Assembly (NCBI GenBank): GCA_041178425.1
Contig: JBEGVH010000006.1
Span: 96,001-160,000 of the forward strand
Reading direction: 5' to 3'
Source: Pseudomonadota bacterium
GTDB taxonomy: Bacteria > Bdellovibrionota > Bdellovibrionia > Bdellovibrionales > Bdellovibrionaceae
Length of the DNA stretch: 64,000 bases
Positions 23,397 to 32,586 of the stretch are shown here, piece after piece. The notes under the pieces are model-generated. The model saw nothing but the letters and a program-made list of their open reading frames with translations, had not been told where the DNA came from and made no database searches. The translations under genes and the position numbers were made by a program. How positions within the stretch are numbered: position 1 is the first letter of the stretch; each line of letters begins with the position of its first letter.

Positions 23397-23476
23397 ATCT
23401 CCGCACATCTCCCGGACGCCGCCTGCCCTTAGATTGACTCTCACCTTGTCACGCAGTTTGCTTCTACACCTCCCAC

Positions 23477-24244
23477 ATGAGAATCAATCGTTCCCAACAG
23501 CTCTATCCCCTCAATGGCAAAGTTCATCTCTACTGGCGTTGCCACAATAAAGAGTTTTACCTCCAGGCCAACCATTTCAAACATATGTACTTTGAGTGTC
23601 TCGAACGAGGCCTTGAACACAAACCTTCCATGCATACCTCGAAGCTCAAAGAAAAATGCGTGATTCATGCTTTCTGTGCGATGAGCAACCATTTTCATCA
23701 GGTTGTCGGGTACTCCGATGGCTCCCATCATCTCTCGCTGTTGATGCGGCAGCAGCATGCTTTGTTTGGGATCCGGTACAATCGTTCGAACCGTCGGAGT
23801 GGCAAAGTGGCCGAAGGTCGCCCCAAAACACCACTCATTCAAAATCCTGACCACGAAATGCGTGTTCACTTTTACGTGGAAGCCAACCCAATTCGTGCGG
23901 GCTTCCGGAAGCTCGAGAATCTCAAAGACTACGTTTATTCCAGCTATGGCTTTTACGCCTACGGCAAACGCACGAAGTTCACTCATCTTCTGACGTTTCC
24001 AGAATGGTACCTAAGGCTCGGCAAAACATTCCGAGAGCGCCAAGTTCAGTACCGCAAGCTCTTTCGGGCGTATCTGGGCGAGTATGTTTCAAGTACCTCG
24101 CAAAGATTCAAGAAGGCATTCATTGGCGATGCTCGGTGGATTTTAGAAGTTGTGGCGAGAATCAAAAAGGGAGCCCTTCAATTAGCAGAATCACCATCAG
24201 TGGCTGAGTTTGAAAGTGCGAGTCGCCTCAACGATTCGACGTAG
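23477..24244 (+). mobile_element. REP-associated tyrosine transposase (RAYT; Y1 HUH, IS200/IS605-related)
   Basis: 'HLYWRCHNK', 'HAFCAMSNHFH' (HUH), 'YVEANPIRAG', 'YVYSSY'; no tnpB next to it. Confidence 0.85.
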
Positions 24245-24496
24245 AATTGAAAACTTATTCTTGAGGTTCGTATTAATCTCCTGCGAGCGTCTTAAATTAA
24301 CGCTTGCAATGGATGGTTGCGTTTATTTTTCACGAAAAATATTTAAATTGTGTTAGTTTTTACCGCCGAAGCCAATAAGGATGTTTCATTTGAAAACTGT
24401 GGACCTGAAATTGTTGGTTCTCTCATTTTAAAAGGGGAAAGTTTAAGGAGTTTATGCGTATGGAGCTCGGACTGCAGAAAATACTCAAGGAATTTA

Positions 24497-24544
24497 GGGG
24501 GTATGCTCCGTCCCCAGATCGTCATCCCCAGATCGTCCCAGGTT
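24497..24544 (-). repeat. Right RAYT-flanking array: 3 degenerate GATCTGGGGAC-type units ending GGGGACGGAG
   Basis: Forward strand reads ggggg-tatg-ctccgtccccagat-cgtcatccccagat-cgtcccaggtt; it is the inverted counterpart of the left array. Confidence 0.65.
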
Positions 24545-24633
24545 GGCTGGCGGTATTCTTTTCTTAGGTTGCCTCTGAGGGATTCTTAGGTTATCCCATG
24601 CCCTGTTTTAATCCTTTTAATTGTGAGTTACCG

Positions 24634-25353
24634 ATGAAAAATCTTCTGTCTGCTTTAATCGCTATAATCGCTATGACCCTGATTGTGCCCCTCGCTCAGG
24701 GAGCGATTCCGATGCCAAAAGCCGACGAAGACAAGTACAGGGAAGTTCTGAGTGGCCACGCCATCGATTGTTATTTTTTTAAACCAAGTCTTTCGCCTAC
24801 ACTTTACTTTGAAGCGATTGGCCCTCAAGCGGTGCTGAGTGGTAATTCAAAGCAAATATCTCTGCAAATGAAAGTTGTTTACTACCGCTGTCATGTTTCG
24901 AGCGATGGTCATTTTAGTTATACCGTGGTCGATCCAAAGTCTCCCTACCAGTACGAAGTTGTACAATCGGATGGCTCTTTGACCACCATTAAAGTATTAA
25001 GTCAAAAACATCAGTTCACGGCAGTTTTAGGGGACAATAACGAATTAGCAAGTAGCAAGAAAGGCTTGGCTCCGCGAAGAGAGACTGAGGGATTATTAAA
25101 TTTTGTTCAGTTTGAACTTACCATCGACAAGGTGCTCTCCGTTCGACAACAAGCCATGAGAGCTCTTGGAAACCCGGTGTTTTTGTATGTTCGAGTTTTT
25201 GGTGCCTTCTCGTCCGTTTATAAAATTGGAAGTGAACCTCGGTTAGACACGGGATTTATTCCTGCTACGACCCATCTGTGGTCAATAAAGCTGTCTGGTC
25301 CATCTGACGCCACTAAGGCAGAGCTTTTGTCGATTAATACCGAACAACCCTAA
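24634..25353 (+). CDS. Secreted hypothetical protein
   Basis: Signal peptide MKNLLSALIAIIAMTLIVPLAQG; beta-rich; two Cys. Confidence 0.65.
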   Translation: MKNLLSALIAIIAMTLIVPLAQGAIPMPKADEDKYREVLSGHAIDCYFFKPSLSPTLYFEAIGPQAVLSGNSKQISLQMKVVYYRCHVSSDGHFSYTVVDPKSPYQYEVVQSDGSLTTIKVLSQKHQFTAVLGDNNELASSKKGLAPRRETEGLLNFVQFELTIDKVLSVRQQAMRALGNPVFLYVRVFGAFSSVYKIGSEPRLDTGFIPATTHLWSIKLSGPSDATKAELLSINTEQP

Positions 25354-25551
25354 GAACGTAATCGTTGCTCAATCCAATCCTCGTTAATTTGGCTCTGTAA
25401 CATAATTGTTGTTGTGCCAAATGAACTAGTCCAGTCTTGCATCAGCGCCGAGTCGCTCATGCAAACGCCGACAGAACTTGTGATAGAGCTAAGACTAGGG
25501 CTTCCGGGGCGTTCTTGCTCGAAGTCCTTTTTGAGTGCTACTGTTAAGCCT

Positions 25552-26085
25552 ATGAATCAATTCATTGTAAATAAAAATAGATTAGTTATTGTCTCTTTGG
25601 CGATCCTCGTTGGATTAACACTTTTTTCGGTTTATGGCTCTATAGGCCAGGCTAACACCGTAGCTACAAGCTTCAATCAAAATTGGGCTCCGTTTCAGAG
25701 AACTGGAGACAGAGTCTATCTCAATACCCCTGCAGTTCAAGACTGCCTCGCGATGAGTTGGGATGGTCGACTAATGATTTGTTCCCATCCGCAGTTTCCG
25801 CAAGTAAAAAAATCCACTGACATTGGCAAGATGAGAGTGAACAATCATCCTCAGGATCTTTCAAAGTTTGCTACACCAACTCTCCGTAATCTAACGACCA
25901 GCGCACCTTACTTTCATGGTGGATCGGCTAATACCCTCGAGGAGGTAGTGGCTCTTTACAGCTCCTGGACAATGGCGAGTAAACAGAATTCCGCTAAGGT
26001 CGATGAAGCCATGGTTCCAACGCCCCTCGCAGCAGAAGAACAAAAAGCTTTGGTGGCTTTTTTAAAATCATTGAGTTCGAATTAA
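25552..26085 (+). pseudogene. Internally deleted cytochrome c peroxidase (MauG/CcpA-like) derivative
   Basis: C-terminus 'KFATPTLRNLTTSAPYFHGGSANTLEEVV..Y...EQKALVAFLKSL' matches the diheme peroxidase tail, but there is no CxxCH and only ~177 aa. Confidence 0.5.
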
Positions 26086-26268
26086 AAATGATTATTAGAA
26101 TTTTGCAAAACTAGTACTATCCGATGCCTCCGAGCATTTCAGCGAGGGGGTTAACTAAATCTAAACCGTTTCACAATAAGACAGTGTTTCATGCTAATCG
26201 TGTTGTCATTTTACGATCTGCTGATAAAATTAAGAGAGGAGAGCTATTCCTCCGATTCGCTTTAAAAA

Positions 26269-27204
26269 GTGGCGATAGGAGTTAAATTTTGCTCGAGGCA
26301 ACACGTGTGGGATTATAGTATTAGAGCTATTTTGTTTATGAGTATTTTGGGAGCATCATTGCTTGGACTGGCTGCTGAAAGCTATCTCACGGGTTTTTCA
26401 TTGCCAGGCAATAGCTCTAAACCGATCTATGAACCGAATGGCACCTGGAAGAAAGTTACCAATTCATCTGCCAACAATTACTTTATCCCTACAAAAACCA
26501 CCACAGAGTGGGATCGATTTAATACCAATAAACCCGCTTCGGTGACAATCGTGGTAGGCTACCCTTATCACTGTTTAGATATCAAAGAGAAAAACCCGAG
26601 TGCGACCAGCGGTACCTACAATATTGATCCTGAACAAGACGGAACCGCCATTACAGTTTTTTGTGATATGGCCACCGATGGTGGAGGCTGGACCCTTATT
26701 GCGAGAACGGCGGTTTATAATGCTTCTATTCACACGACAAGCTACCCCTTCGGATGGAACTCATCCACTGGGACTCTGACCAATTTTAGTTACCCTTACT
26801 CGCTTAATATCGGTGGTAAACCTATCTCATTTACAGAAATGATGATCGGTCAGGTGCAGGCCTCCAGCAATATGCCTGGATATAATATTCTCAAGCGAAG
26901 TTTTACAAAGACGCTTTTAACGAATTACGCGAGCACCTTTGGCTCAGTCAGTGGCTCTTGGATTCAAAGGCCCTCTTGGCCGTACACTTCCGTTCCTGGG
27001 ATGCAGTCAGTGATGGGTTTTACTAACGATACTTCTAAATTTTTTATGCGTGATTGTTGCGGCGATGCCGGTTATGGGGTGTTTTGGTATGGGATGCAAA
27101 CTACCTATTGCGGCTCAGCAGGCAATGAGACCATGCCGGGACCTTACTGCGGTGGAGACACTCTTGGTAATAATTCAAAGCAAGTGATTCTATTTGTACG
27201 TTAA
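26269..27204 (+). CDS. Exported protein with fibrinogen-C-like (FReD) domain
   Basis: 'CLDIK..NPSATSGTYNIDP...VFCDMATDGGGWTLIAR'; N-terminal FIPTKTTTEW module. True start may be further downstream. Confidence 0.75.
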   Translation: MAIGVKFCSRQHVWDYSIRAILFMSILGASLLGLAAESYLTGFSLPGNSSKPIYEPNGTWKKVTNSSANNYFIPTKTTTEWDRFNTNKPASVTIVVGYPYHCLDIKEKNPSATSGTYNIDPEQDGTAITVFCDMATDGGGWTLIARTAVYNASIHTTSYPFGWNSSTGTLTNFSYPYSLNIGGKPISFTEMMIGQVQASSNMPGYNILKRSFTKTLLTNYASTFGSVSGSWIQRPSWPYTSVPGMQSVMGFTNDTSKFFMRDCCGDAGYGVFWYGMQTTYCGSAGNETMPGPYCGGDTLGNNSKQVILFVR

Positions 27205-27416
27205 GGTACCAGGTCCACAAATGTGCCATTCAAAAAAAATGGTGAGCCTGACACAATCAAAAAAATTTGATGGAGCCTGTCCGATCCACCGAGTCTTCCG
27301 GAGGGTGGAGGACTATTTCGGGATAAAAACAAGACCATTGGTGGTTTTGAATTCTATTTTGGTTAAGAAAAAGTTAACCTTAGGAGGTGTGGAAGTTTTT
27401 TTTGAGGGGGGGCGGC

Positions 27417-28580
27417 ATGGGTCATTTAAATCAAAAAGTATCTTTGATTTTTTTAATTTCGCTGTTGCAAATGGCGTTTCCCAATAAAACTTTCGCTTGC
27501 ACTCTAAACTCATACAATTTAGCCAACGGTGCCACCCAAGACATTAATGAGTGCAATATCTGCGCAAGGGTTACAAATAACGTGGGTGCGGCGTTATTCA
27601 TTCCAACAAAAACCACCGCCGAATGGCAGGCTTTTCTAACGAACAAACCCTCGGGGGTCACGCTCGGCTGCTGTTGGAGTTCGATGAGCTTTACTTCGTC
27701 TGGGAATCAAACATTCACTCCACCAGCAAAATATTTTCCTTCGGGCTACAATTACTGCACCCAAGTGCATGTTGTCGTTGTGGGCGGCGGCGGTGCTGGT
27801 AATAATTATTACGGATCAGGCGGCGGCGGTGGTGCTCTTGCTTATAAAAATAATATCACGGTTTCGCCTGGGCAGTCCTACACTGTGACGGTTGGTGCTG
27901 GCGGAACGGGCGGGACCAGTTACACTGTTCAGGCCAATAGTGGCGGTTCCAGTAGCTTTTCTAATGGCTCGATAACTGTTACGGCTGGCGGTGGCTACGG
28001 TGGCCAGCCTTACCCTTATGGTTCAAGACCCTCGCTTGGGGGCACTGTGAGCGGTACCTATGATGGTTCTGGCGCGGGCGGAACGAGTGGCTTGTATAGC
28101 TATTCCTCCCCTTCTTATAAGTCGAGCGGTGGTGGGGGTGCTGGTGGATATGGTGGTAAGGGGGGAGATGGCGCTGGATCTTCAGCCGCTGGAGCAGGAA
28201 CATTTTCATCCGCGACAGCCGGTGTCTCCGGCGGTGGCGGCGGCGGTGGATCCTCCACTGTCGGTTCGTATACTGGGGCCGGCGGCGGCGGAGTTGGGCT
28301 TTTTGGGCTTGGTTCTAATGGCGCGGCCGGGAGTACTGTTGGCGACGTGTCTGCACCCGGAGGAGGAGGAGGCTCGGGCGGATCGGCCGGTAATAGTTCC
28401 GTCACGCATTCTTCCGGGTCACGCCCAAGTGGCGGAGCCTACGGTGGCGGCGGTGGTTCTAATCACAATACAAATTATGCTGGCGGTAATGGAGCTGGTG
28501 GCGCTGTGAGGATCATGTGGGGATCGGGTCGGTCTTTTCCTTCGACGAATGCCTCGTCGACAAATGAATTGGCGCTCTAA
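27417..28580 (+). CDS. Exported glycine-rich protein (phage tail-fibre-like Gly-rich domain)
   Basis: Signal peptide; FIPTKTTAEW module; 'VVVVGGGGAG..GSGGGGGALAYKNNITVSPGQSYTVTVGAGG' and C-terminal 'GAGGAVRIMW'. Confidence 0.75.
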   Translation: MGHLNQKVSLIFLISLLQMAFPNKTFACTLNSYNLANGATQDINECNICARVTNNVGAALFIPTKTTAEWQAFLTNKPSGVTLGCCWSSMSFTSSGNQTFTPPAKYFPSGYNYCTQVHVVVVGGGGAGNNYYGSGGGGGALAYKNNITVSPGQSYTVTVGAGGTGGTSYTVQANSGGSSSFSNGSITVTAGGGYGGQPYPYGSRPSLGGTVSGTYDGSGAGGTSGLYSYSSPSYKSSGGGGAGGYGGKGGDGAGSSAAGAGTFSSATAGVSGGGGGGGSSTVGSYTGAGGGGVGLFGLGSNGAAGSTVGDVSAPGGGGGSGGSAGNSSVTHSSGSRPSGGAYGGGGGSNHNTNYAGGNGAGGAVRIMWGSGRSFPSTNASSTNELAL

Positions 28581-28699
28581 TGAGAAAGAATTCCTGCTGG
28601 GGTTCGCTCTTTTTCTGTTGCTTAAACAATTCAAAGCACGCGATCACGTTGGTGAGGTAATGTCTTCCGCCCCTCTGGGTCGCCCATTAACCCCATTTT

Positions 28700-29548
28700 C
28701 TATGAGACATTGATTGAGTGTTTGCTATTGAGACCGATATTTTCATTAACCAGCGTCATGGTAATCGATTGAGGTATGTAAAGAAACTCCAGTTGATTAT
28801 TAATCGAATGATAACCGCTGAGATAAATCAGCTGCGATCGATGTTGTGATAAAGCTCGCTTCTTATCATCACCACGAACTCTGAAAGAAATTATGTCAAA
28901 TTTTGGTGATGAAGAAAAAAGAAATAGAACGAGGTTTTTAACATTATAACAAAAATCGCGATATAAATATCTTTGGCTTGAGATGTTTCGAAACATTTTC
29001 CAAAGATATGGAGCCATGCTGTAAAGCCACCATTTCTTTGATAGAACAAAACAACTTTTACTGTCTGTAGTTTTGAGTTCTTGTTCACAGAAAAATCCAA
29101 ACAATAGTCCCCTTTTTAGGCATAAGCCTGCGAGAGTGTAAAAGGCCTGAATATGATGGGGGTGTGGTTTTTCGCCGCCATGGAAAGGGTGGGTTATAGC
29201 CAAGTCAAACTGTTGTCCTTTAGATCCAGAATCAAGAACAGTCTCGAGTTTTCGTGCAAGGTTGGGCAAATAATTTGAGAACCCGGAATCCTCAATCTCT
29301 GCAAAGCTTAATTTAACATTAAGATCTCTTATAGCCATTTGAAGTTCTTGGCCTCGAGGTGAGTCCGCGGAGTAGGTTAGACACAGAATTTCTATTTTAT
29401 GAATCTTCGATAAAAATTTTAACCCTTCGTAAAACCAAAGAGACTCGTCGTCGGGGTGTGCAACCACCAAAAGAATGCTAAAGGAACGGTGCTTTTCTTT
29501 TGTCATTAATTGGAATGCTAAAATAGGCTCGATAAAATACCAATTCAA
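28700..29548 (-). CDS. PIG-L / LmbE-family deacetylase
   Basis: 'VVAHPDDES', 'RGQEL', 'HPHH', 'KKRALSQHRSQ'. Confidence 0.8.
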   Translation of the reverse strand: MNWYFIEPILAFQLMTKEKHRSFSILLVVAHPDDESLWFYEGLKFLSKIHKIEILCLTYSADSPRGQELQMAIRDLNVKLSFAEIEDSGFSNYLPNLARKLETVLDSGSKGQQFDLAITHPFHGGEKPHPHHIQAFYTLAGLCLKRGLLFGFFCEQELKTTDSKSCFVLSKKWWLYSMAPYLWKMFRNISSQRYLYRDFCYNVKNLVLFLFSSSPKFDIISFRVRGDDKKRALSQHRSQLIYLSGYHSINNQLEFLYIPQSITMTLVNENIGLNSKHSINVS

Positions 29549-29662
29549 TTAATGTGTTGGGAATTAAATTGTGGCTGAGGTCTAGCAGAATTGCAGTATG
29601 GTAGACAGATAAAGCCATGACTGCCATGGAAGATAAACAATCAGCAAACAGAAAAAATAAAG

Positions 29663-30934
29663 TTAGAGTAACCAAAAGCAAATAGCAGCAATCAAAGTGG
29701 GAAGCAAAGAGCTGTAAAATAGCTGCCAGGAGCTGATTCCCTCTTTGCCAAAGGCACCATTAAGAATACTGTATCCGGCAGGATTAGGGGCGTTGGCAAT
29801 TATAGTAAGGCCACCACCCACTATGCTTCCTGCAACCAATGCATATCGAGAGGAGTGGGATAGGTCGGGAACTTGGGAGCCTAAATAGGTGAGAGCGGCA
29901 TTGTCCGTGATTGCAGTGAGTGAGAGACTACCAAGATACAGAGGCAGAGAATCTAAAGAGCTCAGGACGGGCTCAAGCCACCATCTTTGGGGCGCACCAA
30001 GAATGATCAATCCGCCAAGGAAGAACCCTACAAGTAAGCCCTCCTTTAGATTTAACCTTTCTTGGTACTCTTTGGTCACGGTGACAAGGCCAAGGAAGAA
30101 AAGAAAGAGTCCTAAGAATAAAATGGGGCGATGAGCAGCAGCGACTATTAAAATCAAGAAGAGTAGATGGATGATAGGAACCCAAAGGGGCATCTTCATT
30201 TGCATTTTAATTTGTGATTTAGAAAGACTCAAGAGCTCTCTTCTGTTGATCCAGGTCACAAGACTTGTTGAAATGCAAACTGCTATAATTGCTTTCCAGC
30301 CAAAATTCGAAAACATAAATGCAAGGTCCCAGCTCCAATTGGATGCTACCATGAGTACAGGGGCTGCAGCGTAGGGGGTAAGAGTTCCCCCAATCGAAAT
30401 ATTAACAAAAAGTAAACCGAGGGTAGCGTATTTGAGTTTCATGGAAATTTGTCTTTTATATAATCGATTAAGAAGAGTGAGTGCAGTGACTGTCATCGCG
30501 GCGGGCTCAGTGATGAAGCTTCCAAGGATTGGTCCAACAATGAGTATGATTAGATAAAAAGATAATTCGCCGCTAAAGGGCAATAAGCGACTCAAGCTAT
30601 CGATTATGATTTTTGTTAATTCTAGAATTGGTTCAGTTGAGCATACGGTCATAATTACAAAAATGAGTGCGGGTTCAGTAAAACTTCTCGTTTCGAGATA
30701 GAAAATGGATGTACTGAAGTCTTCAATGATTCCAAAACAAATAAGAAAAATCAGTGCCCAAACTCCAAAAACTACTTCAACTTCTCCAAGAAGGTGGAAA
30801 AAATTTTCCTTTATTGAGCCCGCGGGATATTGGAGTGCTAGATGTCGAAACCATTTTACCGAAAAAGTATGTAAAAGAGCCATGAAAAAACAAATTGTGG
30901 CTGCCAGGGGTACCGGGGTGATCGTTTCAAGCAT
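29663..30934 (-). CDS. Putative Na+/H+ antiporter (DUF1504-like, ion-transporter superfamily)
   Basis: 'FHLLGEVEVVFG', 'GSFITEPAAMT', 'NISIGGTLT', 'TDNAALTYL', 'GGGLTIIANAPNPAG'; about 11-12 TM. Confidence 0.8.
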   Translation of the reverse strand: MLETITPVPLAATICFFMALLHTFSVKWFRHLALQYPAGSIKENFFHLLGEVEVVFGVWALIFLICFGIIEDFSTSIFYLETRSFTEPALIFVIMTVCSTEPILELTKIIIDSLSRLLPFSGELSFYLIILIVGPILGSFITEPAAMTVTALTLLNRLYKRQISMKLKYATLGLLFVNISIGGTLTPYAAAPVLMVASNWSWDLAFMFSNFGWKAIIAVCISTSLVTWINRRELLSLSKSQIKMQMKMPLWVPIIHLLFLILIVAAAHRPILFLGLFLFFLGLVTVTKEYQERLNLKEGLLVGFFLGGLIILGAPQRWWLEPVLSSLDSLPLYLGSLSLTAITDNAALTYLGSQVPDLSHSSRYALVAGSIVGGGLTIIANAPNPAGYSILNGAFGKEGISSWQLFYSSLLPTLIAAICFWLL

Positions 30935-30971
30935 CTTGCTGGCCCTCCTCTAAGAGTGGATCAAAAAAGTT

Positions 30972-32348
30972 TTAAACGTATTTTAGGAGTTCTTTTAAGT
31001 TAGCGATCTTCGTTTTAGCATTTGCTGTAACATCAGGGCTCTGAGGGTAGATGGCAAAGGATTGTTCGGAGTGCTTGAAGAGACAAATGTCATTTTCTCC
31101 GTTGCCAACAGAAAGAACTTGGTGATCGTTAGGGGACGTGTTAGCCGCCCTCAAATGGTGAATAAAATTGGCCTTGCAGATTTGATGTTCTTTGCATCCG
31201 TTTTCGAACTGCATAAAGGGTGAGAGCGTAATTTCGCCTGTGGCTTTACCTTTATTAAAATCTAGTAAATGAGCAATAGAAAAATCGGCAAATATTCTAC
31301 GGCGAATGATCTCGGATGCTATAAAGTAAGAGTCGGTGATGATTCCTACTCGATAGCCGCTCTTTCTGAGTTCAATGATTGTCTCCTGAGCATGAGGTTT
31401 GAGCGGAATAGTGCGAGCAATTTTTTCAAAGGTCTGTTTAGGGATTCCTCTCAGTACTTGCGCGATCATTTTGGTTCTATATCGAGAGTCAAGTTGGTGA
31501 TTACCTAGTAGTCCGTTGAGTTCGTGTCGTAAGCCGGTATAATGGGTGATGGCCTCAATAAAACTACCTTCAATGAGTGTGCCATCCATATCGAACAAAA
31601 CAACCGGCTGATTCTCTTCTAGTTCCTGAAGGATAGATCCATATTGAAACTTCTCGAACCGCTCTCGTTCTGAAGAATCTCCAATTGAAAAAGGGTGGAG
31701 TCGACGATATTTTGAGGCCTTTGTAAGAATTGTTCTAACAACTTGGAGAGACATTTTTGAGAGGGCTTCGAGGGGTTGATGATCGTGATCAAGGTAGCCT
31801 ACTTCAATCTCTGTAATGCGAGCGCCCAATTGAGAAACATCAATGAGTAGGCCGATATCGACACCATAATCATTTTCAAATTTTATATTATTTAGAAAAT
31901 CGCGATTGGCCGCAATGATTCCGCCGAGGGGTTGTTCAAAAGCGAGGAGTTCTGGAAAAAAAATCTTTAAAAGTGGCTTTGCTGTAAGTTCGGTAACTCG
32001 GCCCGAGGCACGATGGAATTTTCCTTTTACAAAGTCGGCCTCTTCAGAAAGAAGTGGTTGGATCATACTATCAATTAGTTCGTTTGAAAAGTTAAAGATG
32101 TCGCCGTCGAGAAAGAGCACTTTTTCATTTTTGGAGCGCACCAAGCCGTCGTGCATCGAGGCACCTTTGCCTAAAAGTGAGCTTAAATAAACTTTGGCGC
32201 CTTCCTTTTTGGCAATATTAAATGTGTTGTCTGTTGACCCGTCATCTATAACGATAATTTCCGTTACGATGGGCTTTGTTTTTACGTATCGAATGATTTC
32301 GCCGATGCGTTTTTCCTCATTCAGTGTTGGAATAATGACGGTGATCAT
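30972..32348 (-). CDS. Fused glucosyl-3-phosphoglycerate synthase (GpgS/MpgS-type GT-A) + HAD-IB phosphatase
   Basis: GpgS motifs 'IPTLNEE', 'GKG', 'FLDGD', 'GRVTELTAKPLL', 'QPLGG', 'YGVDIGLLID'. HAD motifs 'FDMDGTL', 'ITDS', 'CK', 'GNGEND'. Confidence 0.85.
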   Translation of the reverse strand: MITVIIPTLNEEKRIGEIIRYVKTKPIVTEIIVIDDGSTDNTFNIAKKEGAKVYLSSLLGKGASMHDGLVRSKNEKVLFLDGDIFNFSNELIDSMIQPLLSEEADFVKGKFHRASGRVTELTAKPLLKIFFPELLAFEQPLGGIIAANRDFLNNIKFENDYGVDIGLLIDVSQLGARITEIEVGYLDHDHQPLEALSKMSLQVVRTILTKASKYRRLHPFSIGDSSERERFEKFQYGSILQELEENQPVVLFDMDGTLIEGSFIEAITHYTGLRHELNGLLGNHQLDSRYRTKMIAQVLRGIPKQTFEKIARTIPLKPHAQETIIELRKSGYRVGIITDSYFIASEIIRRRIFADFSIAHLLDFNKGKATGEITLSPFMQFENGCKEHQICKANFIHHLRAANTSPNDHQVLSVGNGENDICLFKHSEQSFAIYPQSPDVTANAKTKIANLKELLKYV

Positions 32349-32420
32349 AAGACTCCATTTTTTTCATAAGTGAGTGTTGGAATGAGTAGCGTATTAAAGT
32401 CTAGTTGGTTGGTGTCACTT

Positions 32421-32525
32421 CTACGTTAAGTAGAAGAGCGGTCCGAAAAAGAATAGGCGTTTTTTTATTAATAGAGTAATCGATTGGCGATGGTCGACAG
32501 ATCTCCACTCAAGAACCAATATCAT
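32421..32525 (-). CDS. Candidate 34-aa leader ORF (MILVLEWRSVDHRQSITLLIKKRLFFFGPLFYLT)
   Basis: Strong RBS GGAGG 4 nt before the ATG, directly 3' of the riboswitch candidate; below the ORF-track length cutoff. Confidence 0.35.
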   Translation of the reverse strand: MILVLEWRSVDHRQSITLLIKKRLFFFGPLFYLT

Positions 32526-32541
32526 AGTTCCTCCAAGCGAA

Positions 32542-32586
32542 AGCGACCCTACTTTCAGTTAACTACAAGCTTAAGCTTGCACCCGC
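32542..32586 (-). ncRNA. Candidate nhaA-I-like (monovalent cation, Li+/Na+) riboswitch
   Basis: Minus strand GCGGGTG-CAAGC-TTAA-GCTTG-TAGTTAACTGAAAGTAGGGTCGCT resembles the nhaA-I layout as recalled (GGGUG-hairpin-UGGUU...GGUCGGGCCGCC). It sits at the 5' end of a transcript containing an antiporter. No covariance model was run. Confidence 0.45.

Noticed and set aside
23441..23986. 181-aa antisense ORF over the RAYT
   Set aside because: Antisense shadow with no motif or RBS.
27230..27281. Imperfect direct repeat TCAAAAAAA..GAGCCTG between the two adhesin-like genes
   Set aside because: Two low-complexity copies only; too weak to call a recombination or regulatory site.
28060..28509. Pro-rich and alternative ORFs over the Gly-rich gene
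   Set aside because: Shadow frames of GGN codon runs.
27417..28580. Prophage tail gene
   Set aside because: Has a Sec-type signal peptide, and no other phage genes are nearby.
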